This document shows, one piece after another, positions 37,748-47,349 of a DNA stretch of 64,000 nucleotides (positions within the stretch are counted from its first letter, which is position 1; every line of letters starts with the position of its first letter). Source of the stretch: Bacteroidota bacterium (GTDB taxonomy: Bacteria; Bacteroidota; Bacteroidia; Bacteroidales; GCA-2748055); assembly GCA_049325415.1 (NCBI GenBank), contig JBMOLL010000008.1, positions 15,498 through 79,497 of the forward strand, in the 5' to 3' direction. The translations under genes and the position numbers were made by a program. The notes beneath the pieces were generated by a model. The model searched no databases. It was not told where the DNA came from and saw only the letters and a list, made by a program, of their open reading frames with translations.

Positions 37748-40700
37748 CTATTCTCCTTTTTCAACAACCACCCATTTTCCGGGAATTAGTGCCTGGATAT
37801 CGTTGCGGTACATTTCTTCAGCTTTTACAGCCGGAAGATAGAATTTCCCGCTGTAAGCCGCATTCAGTCTGACGGTGAAGACCCGTGTGGCATTGGGTGC
37901 CAGGGAAAAGTAAGTCAGAACCCGGTCGTCGCGGATATCCTGGTAATCGAACTGTTCGTCGGAATCCATTGTTGAAAACAATCTTTCGTTATGGATCTCC
38001 CAGCCCGAGGGGAAGATTGAAGACAGGGCCATGGTTTTATAATAACCCAGCCGGCCTGTGTTCTTTATCCTGAAGACCGCTTTAAAGTCGGTCCCCTGCT
38101 GGAGTTGTGAAACATCCAGCAACCTGTTTTCCAGGTCGCGGTATTCGACGCTGAGTTCGAGGTTGGATACAAGGGCTTTTTCGGTACCCGGCAGGGGTGT
38201 TCCGGTCTGGATAAAGCGAGCAAAAACCATTTGTTTGCCCTGGTTGGTAATCCGGATTTTGCCTTTTGTATCGAGCCCCGGATCAAGCCGGACCTGAGCA
38301 TAGGGCATGGTTGTTTCGGCTTTTCTGGTTTCACCGTTATTGAAGCGGTATTCGAAGGAAAGGCGATCGGAAGTGGCGCGACCTTCAGTAAAGGAGCATA
38401 CAGCGATCAGGCTGTAGGCCGTTGTCTGGGTGCTCATCCATTGTTCCGAAGAAAGGGCTTTCGCCACCATTTCAAGAACGGGAACGGCCTCTTTTTTCAT
38501 ATCCATCAGCACCATGGCTTCCAGGATCATGGCCCGGTCGCGGGTTCCCGATCCGTAGGAATAGCCCGAATCGTCATAATCGGGGATATCCACAGACGCT
38601 CCTGTAATAAGCTGGCGTGCGGTTTCTTTCTGTCCAGCCAGGGCATATGCTGCTGCCAGGCGCCATTTCGCTTCCGTGCAGAGGTCGGTTCTTTCCCTCA
38701 GCCTGTTCATTGCGCCGATCTCGGCAGAGCCTCCGAGGGCAAGGGTAAACAAGCGGTAGGACTGAAGGATTTGCTCCTGTCTGATCTCATAGGTGTACGT
38801 AACGCCGGAGAGGTTCCATCTTCGTGCTTCCTTTTTCTGGTATTTTTCCCATCCGGAATAGAGGGAAGACGGTATATCATACCCTTTTTTCTTCGCTTCC
38901 ACCAGGAAGTGCCCGGCATAGGATGTTCCCCAGGAAGAAACCTGCGCAGATCCCGGCCAGTAAGAAAAGCCCCCGTCGCTGGTCTGAAAGTTACCGAGTC
39001 TCAGGATCGCCGCTTTGATGTTGAAATCGGCTTTTTGCTTTTCACCTTCCGTAAGTTCCATGATCTCTCCGAGGTAGAGTTGCGGAAAGGCGGCTGAAGT
39101 GGTTTGCTCAATGCAACCGTGCGGATACTGGAGAAGGTAGCGCAGTCGGCGACCGAAATCGACCGGAGGGATGGAAGAAAGCTCCAGTACCAGGTCGTTT
39201 GTGCCGGCCATTCCCACGTATTCCAGCGGCTGTTCCAGCGTTTCGCCCGGATTAAGCACGGCGGTGGTCATCCCGGTAACCGGGGGGTTGGAGGAACGGA
39301 CCTGCAGTTCAATCTCATAGACCGCCTTTTCCCTTCCGCTGGAGACCTCAACAGAGACTTTTCCCAGTCCTGTGCTTGCGGCTGTTTTCAGATTAAAGGT
39401 GACGATTTTATCACCGATACCGTCAAAACTGACTTTCCCGGTTTTATTGGCTGCGATCAGCAGGTCGTTTGTTGTGATCTTCACATCTACGTCACGGATT
39501 TTCTCATCCATAACAAAGATATCCACGGGAAGTGCCACCTCTTCTTCAGGGCCAAGGACCCTGGGAAGGGTAGCCAGTACCATCAGGGGTTGCCTTACCG
39601 GGGTGGTTTTTTCTGTATTACCGTATGCTCCCCTGTTTCCCGCAACGACCATGGTTCTAACGGAGCCAATGTAATTCGGGATGTTCACTTTGTGCACCTG
39701 TTCCTTCCCGTCGGAGGTAAAGGGGCCAAGAAATTTCACCATGGGCGGGAAGCGGTTGGCTTCTCTTGCCCCGTTTCCGTCATCGCTTCCGTCACCACCC
39801 ACGTTATAGACCCCATCCATACGGCCGCCCCAGGCTCCAAGCACCATATCGAAAAGATCCCAGGTTTTAACACCAAGGGCTTCTTTTGAGAAGAAGGAGG
39901 ACCATGGGTCAGGCGTCCTGAAGCGGGTCAGATCGAGCAGTCCCTCATCCACGACAGCTATGGTATAGGTCATGGCTTTCCTGTTCTTTTCGCTGACCCG
40001 TATCTCAACAGTGCTGTTTGGTCTCAGTTCATCCGGCATACTGATCTGCGGTTCCAGCCGGGTTTCGGGATCTTCCACCAGAATGGGGATTATGCCGTAC
40101 ATCCTTACCGGAAGATCATTGACCGTCTGAGCGTGAGGTTGCAGCAGAGTTGCAAAGACATAGACATTTGGGGTCATTTCCGGGGTTATCCTGAAGCGGT
40201 AGCGGGTTTCGCTACCACTGGCATCGATCCATTCCTGTTTCAGTACGCCGGATCCCGTTTCAATGCTGATAAATAATTTCCCCCGGGTAGAAGAGGGAAT
40301 GGCTATTTCGGCCTCCTCCCCGACATTGTATGAGGGTTTATCTGACGAAAAAGTGAGTATTGACGCTGCATTGGGATCTCCTTTCTTCGCCTTTCCGGCA
40401 TATCCCGGCCAGTCGATATAAACTATTTTTCCTGCAGCATGTCCGCCGGCCGGATCCGAAACAAGTACCAGGTATCGTCCCCAGTCGGGGTATTTGACCA
40501 TGAAACTGAATTCGCCGTTGCCATTACTGGTAGAAATTGTCTTTGAGAAGAGTGGAGAATGATAGGTTCCTCCGGCATAGGATGCCAGGTTATCGGAAGA
40601 AGCATCCCACCACCATCTCCAGTCGAGTTTATAGACTTTCGCTTCAAGCTTTTTCAGTGAAAGCGGCTTGCCGGAAGGATCGAGAGTTGCCACCTTAACT

Positions 40701-43318
40701 GTTTGGAGCGTATCGGTCAGCAGCATGCCCCTTTTATCTCCCGGAGGGACCCTTATCCCCACGTATGCCGCATAGGGAGAGCAGGGGACGGAAGCCTGGT
40801 CGATACTGAAATCGCCAGATTTTTCAAATACCCTGGTAGTAAACCGTGCCGACAGCATCCCGGGGGCCTCACCGGAAATCTCAAGGTCCTGGCGAAAATC
40901 GGCAACTCCGCTTATATCTGTTTCCCCCGAGTATATCGTTGTGGGGTAGGATGATAGCTCCCTGGTCGGATCGTCAAATATGTAGCCATCATACTTTTTA
41001 AAAGATGTTTTGACCGGAAAGAGGATCACCTCAACTTCTGCTTTAAGGTTGCTGGCTTTTGCTCCTGTTAACCAGCGGCTTGAAATCTTTCCTGCGATTT
41101 CACCATGTGCAGCAAATATGGTATCGGTTCCAAAATCCAGTTCGATTTTGAGGCGATTGGGTTTTACGGTTTCCACGGAGAGGAGTTTGGAGAAGGACGT
41201 ACCGCCGGCCTTCACCGAGACCGTATAATTGCCGGTAATGGCATCCTGGGCGGTTTTTGTATGAAAGGAATAGAAACCTGATTTATTCCCTGTGCTGACT
41301 TTCCTGGCCACAATTTTGCCCTGAGGATCTTTAAGTTCGAAGAGCACCGGGTGGTTTTCGGGAAGAGGATTGGCTTTGTCGTTCAGGATAAAACTGAGAT
41401 AGAGGGAATCTCCGGGGCGCCATACCCCCCTGTCGCCATAGATAAAACCTTTAAGGCCTTTATTAATAACTACGCCCGAAACGTCGAACATGCTGGAGGA
41501 AAGCGCAGCGCCATCGATGAGCCTGAGATAGCCTTTCTGGACTCCCTGTTCAGCAACGACGAGGAAGGGCTGGCTTCCTGTTTTAAAAACAGCCGTTCCG
41601 TCGCTATTGGTAGTCTCTTCGGCCATGAGTTGTTGCTGATAGTTATAAAGCCTGACTGTTGCCCCGCTAAGAGGGCCGGATTTAATGAGATCAGTAACAG
41701 TGACATAGTAGGCACCATCGGTGCCGTGTTTGGCGATGAGGCCAAGATTACTGGCCAGGATATTCCGGCTTACGCTTCTGCGGCTTCCGTAATAAGCCTG
41801 TTTACAGGGATCGTCGCGATCACGCCATTCATATCCTTCATAATCGTAATAATCATAATCGTCGTCGTAATAGTAGTTCTCATAGCTATCCCAATAGGAG
41901 AATTCCTCTTCTTCGCTATAGTCATAGCTGCTTATCTGGCTTTCCTCCGTTTTTTCTGTTTCGTTATCGGGACAGGGATAGAGGGACTGGTTCCTGTTAA
42001 AGCCAATCTCAACCCGGTATATGGCGCCCGGTTCAGTTTTGATCAGCTGGGTCAGATCGAGGGAGAACACGTTCCATTCCCCGTAGTTGATCGCCTTATC
42101 CGAGATCAGATCAATATTTTTGTGCAGGACCAGTCGTCCTGCGCGTTTAAGTTCGCGGTTTCCGTTCAGCTGGTTCACCTGGAGAAATTGGGCAACATTG
42201 TTTTCATAGATTCTTACCACTTTCACCTCAACGGCTTTAAGGTTAACGGCTTTAAAAGGGAGCTGCACCTTATCGGTCGTCGGGATGATCACTCCGTTTC
42301 CCAGCAACTGAACGGCGGGTTTGATCTCTTCGAAGCGCAGGTCTTTCTGTTCGCCCCTCAGCAGGCCTTTACCGGCCACATTACGAATCCCTGGTTCCAC
42401 AAAAACCGTAACGGTACCGTTTTGACGAACTTCCGGAAAGGCTGACACATTATTGCCCTCTACAGAGAAGCGAAGGTCGGTATCTGTAGCCAGACGAATG
42501 AGGCCTGTGAGGTTCTGGTCGCGCTTAATAGGATCGGAAAAACTGATGATCACCTGTTGTTCGGGATACTGTACCACCCGGTAGTTCAGGACCTGGAACG
42601 AGCCCAGGGAGGGAACCGTGAATTCGATTTCACCTTTTTCTTCGGCACCTGCCGGTGTTGCGTCATAGCTGATAAGGACCCGGGAGTCTTCCTCTCCCCT
42701 TCTGACGCTGTCGATCGTGAACTGGTGCTCCGTTCCAGACAGATGATCCCATGAAACGTGAAGAGTCCGGCCGTCCTGTTTCGCAACAATTATCTGTCCA
42801 ACGGCTTCCGGTTCGGCCACATCGGCTGACATAAGTTTGCCCACGATATAATTCAGTTCAGGTTTGTAGTCGTTATATGGCCGGAAGGCTTCTGTACTGA
42901 GCATTATGTGTTGTACGACCGTATGGAAGGAAAAAACAAAGGGTTTTGAAGCCGCATCGCCGCTGAACAGTTTGCCGACCCTCACCTTTACCTGGAAAGC
43001 GGTACCCGGTCGAAAACGTGTCTCCGGCGTGAACTGAATGGTTCGCTGATCGACATAACTCACAGAGCCCCTTGTTTCGGGAACAATAGTCAGAACTCCC
43101 TTTTCCACAGGGCTTCCCGGGATGACCGAATCGGCAAAATTTTCTGCAAACCTGACCATTACTGAAGATTCGCTGGAGATGATCCCGCTGGTAAAGGCAG
43201 AAATCAAGGGATTATATTCGGGCACGATAGGTTCTTCGGCCGCTGGTTTGTTTTTACAGCCAAAGACTAGCAGGGACAGGAGCAGGAGGATGCTCAGACG
43301 GGAAAGGACTTTTTTCAT
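37748..43318 (-). CDS. Alpha-2-macroglobulin-family lipoprotein (thioester-containing, ECAM/YfhM-like)
   Basis: About 1856 aa from ATG 43318 (the track opens at TTG 43339). Lipobox LLVFGC, repeated MG-type beta-sandwich domains, and thioester motif GCIEQ in YPHGCIEQTTSAAF. Lies 12 nt upstream of pbpC. Confidence 0.9.
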   Translation of the reverse strand: MKKVLSRLSILLLLSLLVFGCKNKPAAEEPIVPEYNPLISAFTSGIISSESSVMVRFAENFADSVIPGSPVEKGVLTIVPETRGSVSYVDQRTIQFTPETRFRPGTAFQVKVRVGKLFSGDAASKPFVFSFHTVVQHIMLSTEAFRPYNDYKPELNYIVGKLMSADVAEPEAVGQIIVAKQDGRTLHVSWDHLSGTEHQFTIDSVRRGEEDSRVLISYDATPAGAEEKGEIEFTVPSLGSFQVLNYRVVQYPEQQVIISFSDPIKRDQNLTGLIRLATDTDLRFSVEGNNVSAFPEVRQNGTVTVFVEPGIRNVAGKGLLRGEQKDLRFEEIKPAVQLLGNGVIIPTTDKVQLPFKAVNLKAVEVKVVRIYENNVAQFLQVNQLNGNRELKRAGRLVLHKNIDLISDKAINYGEWNVFSLDLTQLIKTEPGAIYRVEIGFNRNQSLYPCPDNETEKTEESQISSYDYSEEEEFSYWDSYENYYYDDDYDYYDYEGYEWRDRDDPCKQAYYGSRRSVSRNILASNLGLIAKHGTDGAYYVTVTDLIKSGPLSGATVRLYNYQQQLMAEETTNSDGTAVFKTGSQPFLVVAEQGVQKGYLRLIDGAALSSSMFDVSGVVINKGLKGFIYGDRGVWRPGDSLYLSFILNDKANPLPENHPVLFELKDPQGKIVARKVSTGNKSGFYSFHTKTAQDAITGNYTVSVKAGGTSFSKLLSVETVKPNRLKIELDFGTDTIFAAHGEIAGKISSRWLTGAKASNLKAEVEVILFPVKTSFKKYDGYIFDDPTRELSSYPTTIYSGETDISGVADFRQDLEISGEAPGMLSARFTTRVFEKSGDFSIDQASVPCSPYAAYVGIRVPPGDKRGMLLTDTLQTVKVATLDPSGKPLSLKKLEAKVYKLDWRWWWDASSDNLASYAGGTYHSPLFSKTISTSNGNGEFSFMVKYPDWGRYLVLVSDPAGGHAAGKIVYIDWPGYAGKAKKGDPNAASILTFSSDKPSYNVGEEAEIAIPSSTRGKLFISIETGSGVLKQEWIDASGSETRYRFRITPEMTPNVYVFATLLQPHAQTVNDLPVRMYGIIPILVEDPETRLEPQISMPDELRPNSTVEIRVSEKNRKAMTYTIAVVDEGLLDLTRFRTPDPWSSFFSKEALGVKTWDLFDMVLGAWGGRMDGVYNVGGDGSDDGNGAREANRFPPMVKFLGPFTSDGKEQVHKVNIPNYIGSVRTMVVAGNRGAYGNTEKTTPVRQPLMVLATLPRVLGPEEEVALPVDIFVMDEKIRDVDVKITTNDLLIAANKTGKVSFDGIGDKIVTFNLKTAASTGLGKVSVEVSSGREKAVYEIELQVRSSNPPVTGMTTAVLNPGETLEQPLEYVGMAGTNDLVLELSSIPPVDFGRRLRYLLQYPHGCIEQTTSAAFPQLYLGEIMELTEGEKQKADFNIKAAILRLGNFQTSDGGFSYWPGSAQVSSWGTSYAGHFLVEAKKKGYDIPSSLYSGWEKYQKKEARRWNLSGVTYTYEIRQEQILQSYRLFTLALGGSAEIGAMNRLRERTDLCTEAKWRLAAAYALAGQKETARQLITGASVDIPDYDDSGYSYGSGTRDRAMILEAMVLMDMKKEAVPVLEMVAKALSSEQWMSTQTTAYSLIAVCSFTEGRATSDRLSFEYRFNNGETRKAETTMPYAQVRLDPGLDTKGKIRITNQGKQMVFARFIQTGTPLPGTEKALVSNLELSVEYRDLENRLLDVSQLQQGTDFKAVFRIKNTGRLGYYKTMALSSIFPSGWEIHNERLFSTMDSDEQFDYQDIRDDRVLTYFSLAPNATRVFTVRLNAAYSGKFYLPAVKAEEMYRNDIQALIPGKWVVVEKGE

Positions 43319-43523
43319 GTTGGTGGGTTTTTGGTACAATCTTTAAAGTTAAGAAAGTGGTATAAAAAATTCAATCCTTGCATCTCAATTTATCGTAGCG
43401 ATCAGTGTTGTCACAAAATCCAGTTATACAAACGATTACGTGGAAAATGCGGTCTGTGGGCACGTTAAAAAAATATGTTCATTGAAAATTATTGTTAATA
43501 TTGCAGGAACTAAAGAGCTGATT

Positions 43524-44471
43524 ATGGCGAAAGGATTTCTGAAGAAATGGATACTTTGTGCAAGGCCTTTTTCTTTTCCGGCTTCAACCATGCCTGTCGT
43601 ATTCGGGACTGTGCTTGCAACGGTATACGGACATTACGCATTCAGACCCGGTTTGTTTTTGCTGGCGCTGGTTGCGATGGTGATGCTTCATTCTGGGGCT
43701 AACATCCTGAGCGATATTTACGATTTCCGGAAAGGTCTGGACAAGGTTCCCACGCCTGTCAGCGGAGGGGTAGTAAGGGGATTGATCTCAGAGAAGGAAG
43801 CTTTCCGGGGTGCGGCCGTACTTTTGATTTCCGGAGCGCTTATCGGTTTTCTGCTGGCCTATCTCTGCGGGCCCTGGCTTCTTGCTATTGGGGTCGGCGG
43901 TTTATTCGTTGGCATTTTCTACACCACAAATGCCCCGTTCTCCCTTAAATATCATGGTCTGGGAGACCTGGCCGTTTTTCTCAATTTCGGCATTCTGGGT
44001 TCTCTGGGTTCGTGGTATGTACAGTCGGGTACGCTTTCTTTTATCCCTGTTATCTGGGCCATCCCAATGGCGACCCTTGTTATTGCCATTCTCCACGCCA
44101 ATAACTGGCGAGATATTGAATCCGATCTGAAGGGCAGGATCCATACAGTAGCTTCTTTGCTGGGAGATCGTGGATCTTCCTTTTACTATGCTTTTCTCAT
44201 CTTCGGCCCTTATGTGATGATTTTGCTTTTCATCCTCGTACCCTATTTTATTTTCCCCTCGCTCCCGAAGATGCCCTTTACCTTCCTGATTACGCTGTTT
44301 GCCCTGCCCCTGTCGGTAAAGCTCTGGAAGACTGCCGTAAAAAGGAAAAACCTGGATGATCCGATGGATTTTATTACGCTTGACGGAGCTACTGCCCGTT
44401 TAAATCTTCAGTTTGGCCTGCTGTCGACGCTGGCTTTGCTGCTCAATCTTGCCTTTGGCCTGCTTTTCTGA
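43524..44471 (+). CDS. UbiA-family prenyltransferase (MenA-like)
   Basis: Starts MAKGFLKKWILCARPFSFPAST. About 9 TM segments with Asp-rich motifs NILSDIYDFRKGLD and NNWRDIESD. The track ORF opens 84 nt upstream. Confidence 0.75.
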   Translation: MAKGFLKKWILCARPFSFPASTMPVVFGTVLATVYGHYAFRPGLFLLALVAMVMLHSGANILSDIYDFRKGLDKVPTPVSGGVVRGLISEKEAFRGAAVLLISGALIGFLLAYLCGPWLLAIGVGGLFVGIFYTTNAPFSLKYHGLGDLAVFLNFGILGSLGSWYVQSGTLSFIPVIWAIPMATLVIAILHANNWRDIESDLKGRIHTVASLLGDRGSSFYYAFLIFGPYVMILLFILVPYFIFPSLPKMPFTFLITLFALPLSVKLWKTAVKRKNLDDPMDFITLDGATARLNLQFGLLSTLALLLNLAFGLLF

Positions 44472-44477
44472 CCGGAT

Positions 44478-45122
44478 ATGAAGAACTCTTCCTTTGGTGT
44501 ATTTCTGTTCATTCTTGTTGCAGGAATAGTGCTTTTTGCCCCGATGTTTGTTTTACGGGCTGTCGGACCGATTGATTTCTGGTGGTGGATGAGTATCAAC
44601 CTTGTTGTACTGATCACTGCCGGTATGTTGACAGACAAGACTTATCTTTCACATCTCAGGGAGGATATAAGTCACGGTTTAGCGAAAAAGGTCCTTTATG
44701 GCGTGCTCAGTGCGGTATTCCTGTACGGGGTGTTTTTTGCCGGGGATTTTCTTTCCAGCCGCATGTTTGATTTTGCCGGGGAACAGATCAGCGGGGTATA
44801 TGGATTTAAGGGAGGAGCCTCCGGAAGCCGGATCTTTCTTCTGATGCTGTTAATTATCGGGCCGGGCGAAGAGCTTTTCTGGCGGGTTTTTGTACAGCGC
44901 CGTTTGATGGAGAGATTCAGTCCTGTTGCCGGATTTCTGCTTGCCACGGCGCTTTATACCGGTATTCATCTGCTCACGGGAAATTTCATGCTTATTATGG
45001 CTGCGCTAACGGCCGGTTTGTTCTGGGGCTGGCTGTATCTTCGTTTTCGTTCGCCTTTAATGCTGGTGATCAGTCACATCCTCTGGGACATCTCCGTTTT
45101 CCTGATCTTTCCCTTTAACTGA
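44478..45122 (+). CDS. CPBP-family intramembrane glutamic endopeptidase (CAAX protease-like)
   Basis: Multi-TM protein with GPGEELFWRVF (EExxxR), LYTGIH (FxxxH-like) and SHILWD (HxxxD) motifs. Confidence 0.8.
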   Translation: MKNSSFGVFLFILVAGIVLFAPMFVLRAVGPIDFWWWMSINLVVLITAGMLTDKTYLSHLREDISHGLAKKVLYGVLSAVFLYGVFFAGDFLSSRMFDFAGEQISGVYGFKGGASGSRIFLLMLLIIGPGEELFWRVFVQRRLMERFSPVAGFLLATALYTGIHLLTGNFMLIMAALTAGLFWGWLYLRFRSPLMLVISHILWDISVFLIFPFN

Positions 45123-45515
45123 GTCCTTCGGTTGCGAAGTGGTTTTTTTCAATAAAAGAAGCAGCAATTCTTTCATAGCCGTTTCAATCTCATGATATTC
45201 AGGCACTTTATCGGTGGATAGCAGAAACATCACAGAAAGGTGCTTTTTCTGTTCCGCCAGTGCATTAACAAGCGCTTGCTTATTAAGCCGGTAGGCTTCC
45301 CGCATCCGTCTTTTGGCCAGATTCCTGTCGACGGCCCTTTTGAGGGATTTTTTGGGAACGGCAAAGCCAGCTTCAAGAGGCAGGTCTTCCCTTCTGTTTT
45401 CGGTCCAGAGAACCCTCAGCGGATATTTCCGCAGGGCAGATCCCCCGTTAAAAAGCAGGCTTATCGTCTTTCTGCTTTTCAGGTGTTCTTTTTTATTGAA
45501 GTTTAGCTGTGGCAT
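45057..45515 (-). CDS. rnpA: Ribonuclease P protein component
   Basis: Basic signature FAVPKKSLKRAVDRNLAKRRMREAYR. ATG at 45515 is preferred (the track opens at TTG 45530, inside a terminator hairpin). A hydrophilic C-terminal tail overlaps the CPBP gene by 66 nt. Confidence 0.8.
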   Translation of the reverse strand: MPQLNFNKKEHLKSRKTISLLFNGGSALRKYPLRVLWTENRREDLPLEAGFAVPKKSLKRAVDRNLAKRRMREAYRLNKQALVNALAEQKKHLSVMFLLSTDKVPEYHEIETAMKELLLLLLKKTTSQPKDSVKGKDQENGDVPEDVTDHQH

Positions 45516-45540
45516 AAAAAAGGGGGACAAAATCCCCCTT
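45514..45540 (-). terminator. Rho-independent terminator after hemD, abutting the rnpA start codon
   Basis: Minus strand: AAGGGGGA-TTTTG-TCCCCCTT followed by TTTTAT, then the rnpA ATG. Confidence 0.6.
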
Positions 45541-45564
45541 AAATTAGTTAAAAAACAAAGACGG

Positions 45565-46326
45565 TTATTTTTTCCCGTTTACCCGGTTATATTCAGCGAT
45601 AAAGTTTTCAAGGGCCATGGTCATTGAAGGCGCCTGGGGCTGGGGGGCCATGATGTCGAGACGCAGTCCGGCATCTTTTACAGCTTTAGCTGTTTTCGTG
45701 CCAAAAGAGGCAATTTTTGTTTCGTTCTGGATAAAATTCGGGAAATTCTTCAGCAGGGACTGAATTCCGGAGGGGCTGTAGAAAACCAGGATATCGTAGT
45801 TCACATCAGCCAGATCGGAGAGGTCGCTGCATTCGGTGCGATAGAGAATGGTTTTGGTGAAATTAAACCGGTGTTTGGTCAGCAGTTTCGGAATTTCCTC
45901 CTGATGGGCAGCAGAAAGCGGAACGAGGTATTTCTCGTTTTTATGTTTCTGCATCACATCCATAAGGTCTTCCATGGTACCATTACCGTAAAAGATTTTT
46001 CGCTTCCGGTACACGATATATTTCTGCAGGTAAAAGGCTGTTGCTTCAGAAATGCAGAAGTATTTCATATTGTCGCTGACGGTCAGGCGCATTTCCTCAG
46101 CGATCCGGAAAAAATGGTCGATGGCTGTCTTGCTGTTGAAAATTACAGCGGTGTGAGCGACAATGTCCACTTTTTCCTGCCGGAAGTCTTTAGCCGAAAC
46201 GCCTTCAACATGAATAAATGATCGGAAATCAATTTTCAGATTGTGTTTTTCGGCCAGATCGAAATAAGGAGATTTATTATTCTCAGGCACGGGCTGAGAT
46301 ACCAGAATGTTTTTAATCCTTCCCAT
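45565..46326 (-). CDS. hemD: Uroporphyrinogen-III synthase-like protein
   Basis: 253 aa. N-terminus ILVSQPVPENNKSPYFDLAEKHNLKIDFRSFIHVEG matches the Bacteroidota HemD-like family as I remember it. Sits in the DUF4271-hemD-rnpA gene order. Confidence 0.7.
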   Translation of the reverse strand: MGRIKNILVSQPVPENNKSPYFDLAEKHNLKIDFRSFIHVEGVSAKDFRQEKVDIVAHTAVIFNSKTAIDHFFRIAEEMRLTVSDNMKYFCISEATAFYLQKYIVYRKRKIFYGNGTMEDLMDVMQKHKNEKYLVPLSAAHQEEIPKLLTKHRFNFTKTILYRTECSDLSDLADVNYDILVFYSPSGIQSLLKNFPNFIQNETKIASFGTKTAKAVKDAGLRLDIMAPQPQAPSMTMALENFIAEYNRVNGKK

Positions 46327-46355
46327 AAACAGAGCGTTTCAGTTTTTATCTCAAC

Positions 46356-47114
46356 TCAAATAGCGGATTCCATCCACTTGAATAGCAACAACAAGGGTGC
46401 TATTTCAAGGGCACAAAGGTACAAAAACATATACAAAATAAAAACATCCCTTTTCCATGAAAAAATTAAACCCCTGATAATCCGGAGTATATAAACGGAC
46501 AAGAGAAGAATTATTACCAGATAAAGGAAGTAGATCCGAAGATCTTCCCGCAGATAGATCAACAAAATAATAAAGGGTGCGATTGCAAGCCCTATGATTT
46601 TATTATAGTTTGAAACGTGGTAGCTGTATTCGCGAAACAGGTTTGCCCGGTTAAAAAGGTGGCCCGCAATTCTTACAAGGCCGGATCTCAGCAGATAATA
46701 GGCTGAGAGCGCGGTAAAGTTGATCAGAAAAAGAAGGAAGCCTTCCTGACCGAAAGGATAAAGCCGGAATTGATTTTCCAGGATCAGCATCATGAACGCG
46801 CCGTTCAGAAAGTAGAAAAAATTCAGAATGGAATCGAGTTGCCGTTGGAGCTGACTGTTATCATTGTACATTCTGACAGCGGTCTGGAAATTGAATGAGG
46901 CTTCGATCGTACGAAGAAAGGATGCGCCAAAATTCATTTTTACCCAGGCCAGCAGGGAAAGATCGAGAAGAATGAACATAAAATACCATGCTGCGGGAAA
47001 GCCCACAGAGAAGGGCGTTCCGGAAAATGCCGAAAGGAGCCCCGGATCCCGTAACATTACCGTAAAAACCGGCAGGGCGGCGGCGCCGGCAGAGGTAAAA
47101 ATTACCGTTTGCAT
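46356..47114 (-). CDS. Multi-pass membrane protein (DUF4271-like)
   Basis: 252 aa with about 6 TM segments. Its position just upstream of hemD matches the conserved Bacteroidota arrangement. The family assignment is from memory. Confidence 0.55.
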   Translation of the reverse strand: MQTVIFTSAGAAALPVFTVMLRDPGLLSAFSGTPFSVGFPAAWYFMFILLDLSLLAWVKMNFGASFLRTIEASFNFQTAVRMYNDNSQLQRQLDSILNFFYFLNGAFMMLILENQFRLYPFGQEGFLLFLINFTALSAYYLLRSGLVRIAGHLFNRANLFREYSYHVSNYNKIIGLAIAPFIILLIYLREDLRIYFLYLVIILLLSVYILRIIRGLIFSWKRDVFILYMFLYLCALEIAPLLLLFKWMESAI

Positions 47115-47312
47115 TTTTCTCAGGCCTTATCTGGAAAAGTTCCAGCCACAAAGATAACTATTTTTCATTCTTTACGTTTTATGAATTATTAACGCCCTCA
47201 TATCTTATTTTTTATGAGGCAGGTCAAGGGTCTGAGGCCCGGAACGCGGGTTAAAAAAAGTTAACAGGCCCCTGTCTGTGAGATAATGAGGGCAAAGCCG
47301 TTTAAAAACGGA

Positions 47313-47320
47313 TATCTTTG
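47313..47320 (+). promoter_or_regulatory. Candidate -7 box (TATCTTTG) for the S41 peptidase gene
   Basis: Matches TAnnTTTG, 29 nt before ATG 47350. Confidence 0.35.
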
Positions 47321-47349
47321 CTGTTGGAAAAGTTCAGAATCAGAAGAAC

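Noticed and set aside
35348-43318. A very large (about 1856 aa) ORF with an adjacent PBP gene, considered as a possible novel system.
   Set aside because: This is the known bacterial alpha-2-macroglobulin (thioester CIEQ, lipoprotein) paired with PBP1C, a well-described periplasmic protease-trap and cell-wall-repair arrangement. Only its acidic Tyr-rich loop is reported as a finding.
47196-47219. The hairpin CCTCATA-(10 nt)-TATGAGG, and a second copy of ATGAGGGC about 70 nt downstream, in the DUF4271/S41 divergent promoter region.
   Set aside because: The stems are short and AT-rich with no following T-tract, and there is no match to any riboswitch I know. This is most simply promoter-region sequence.
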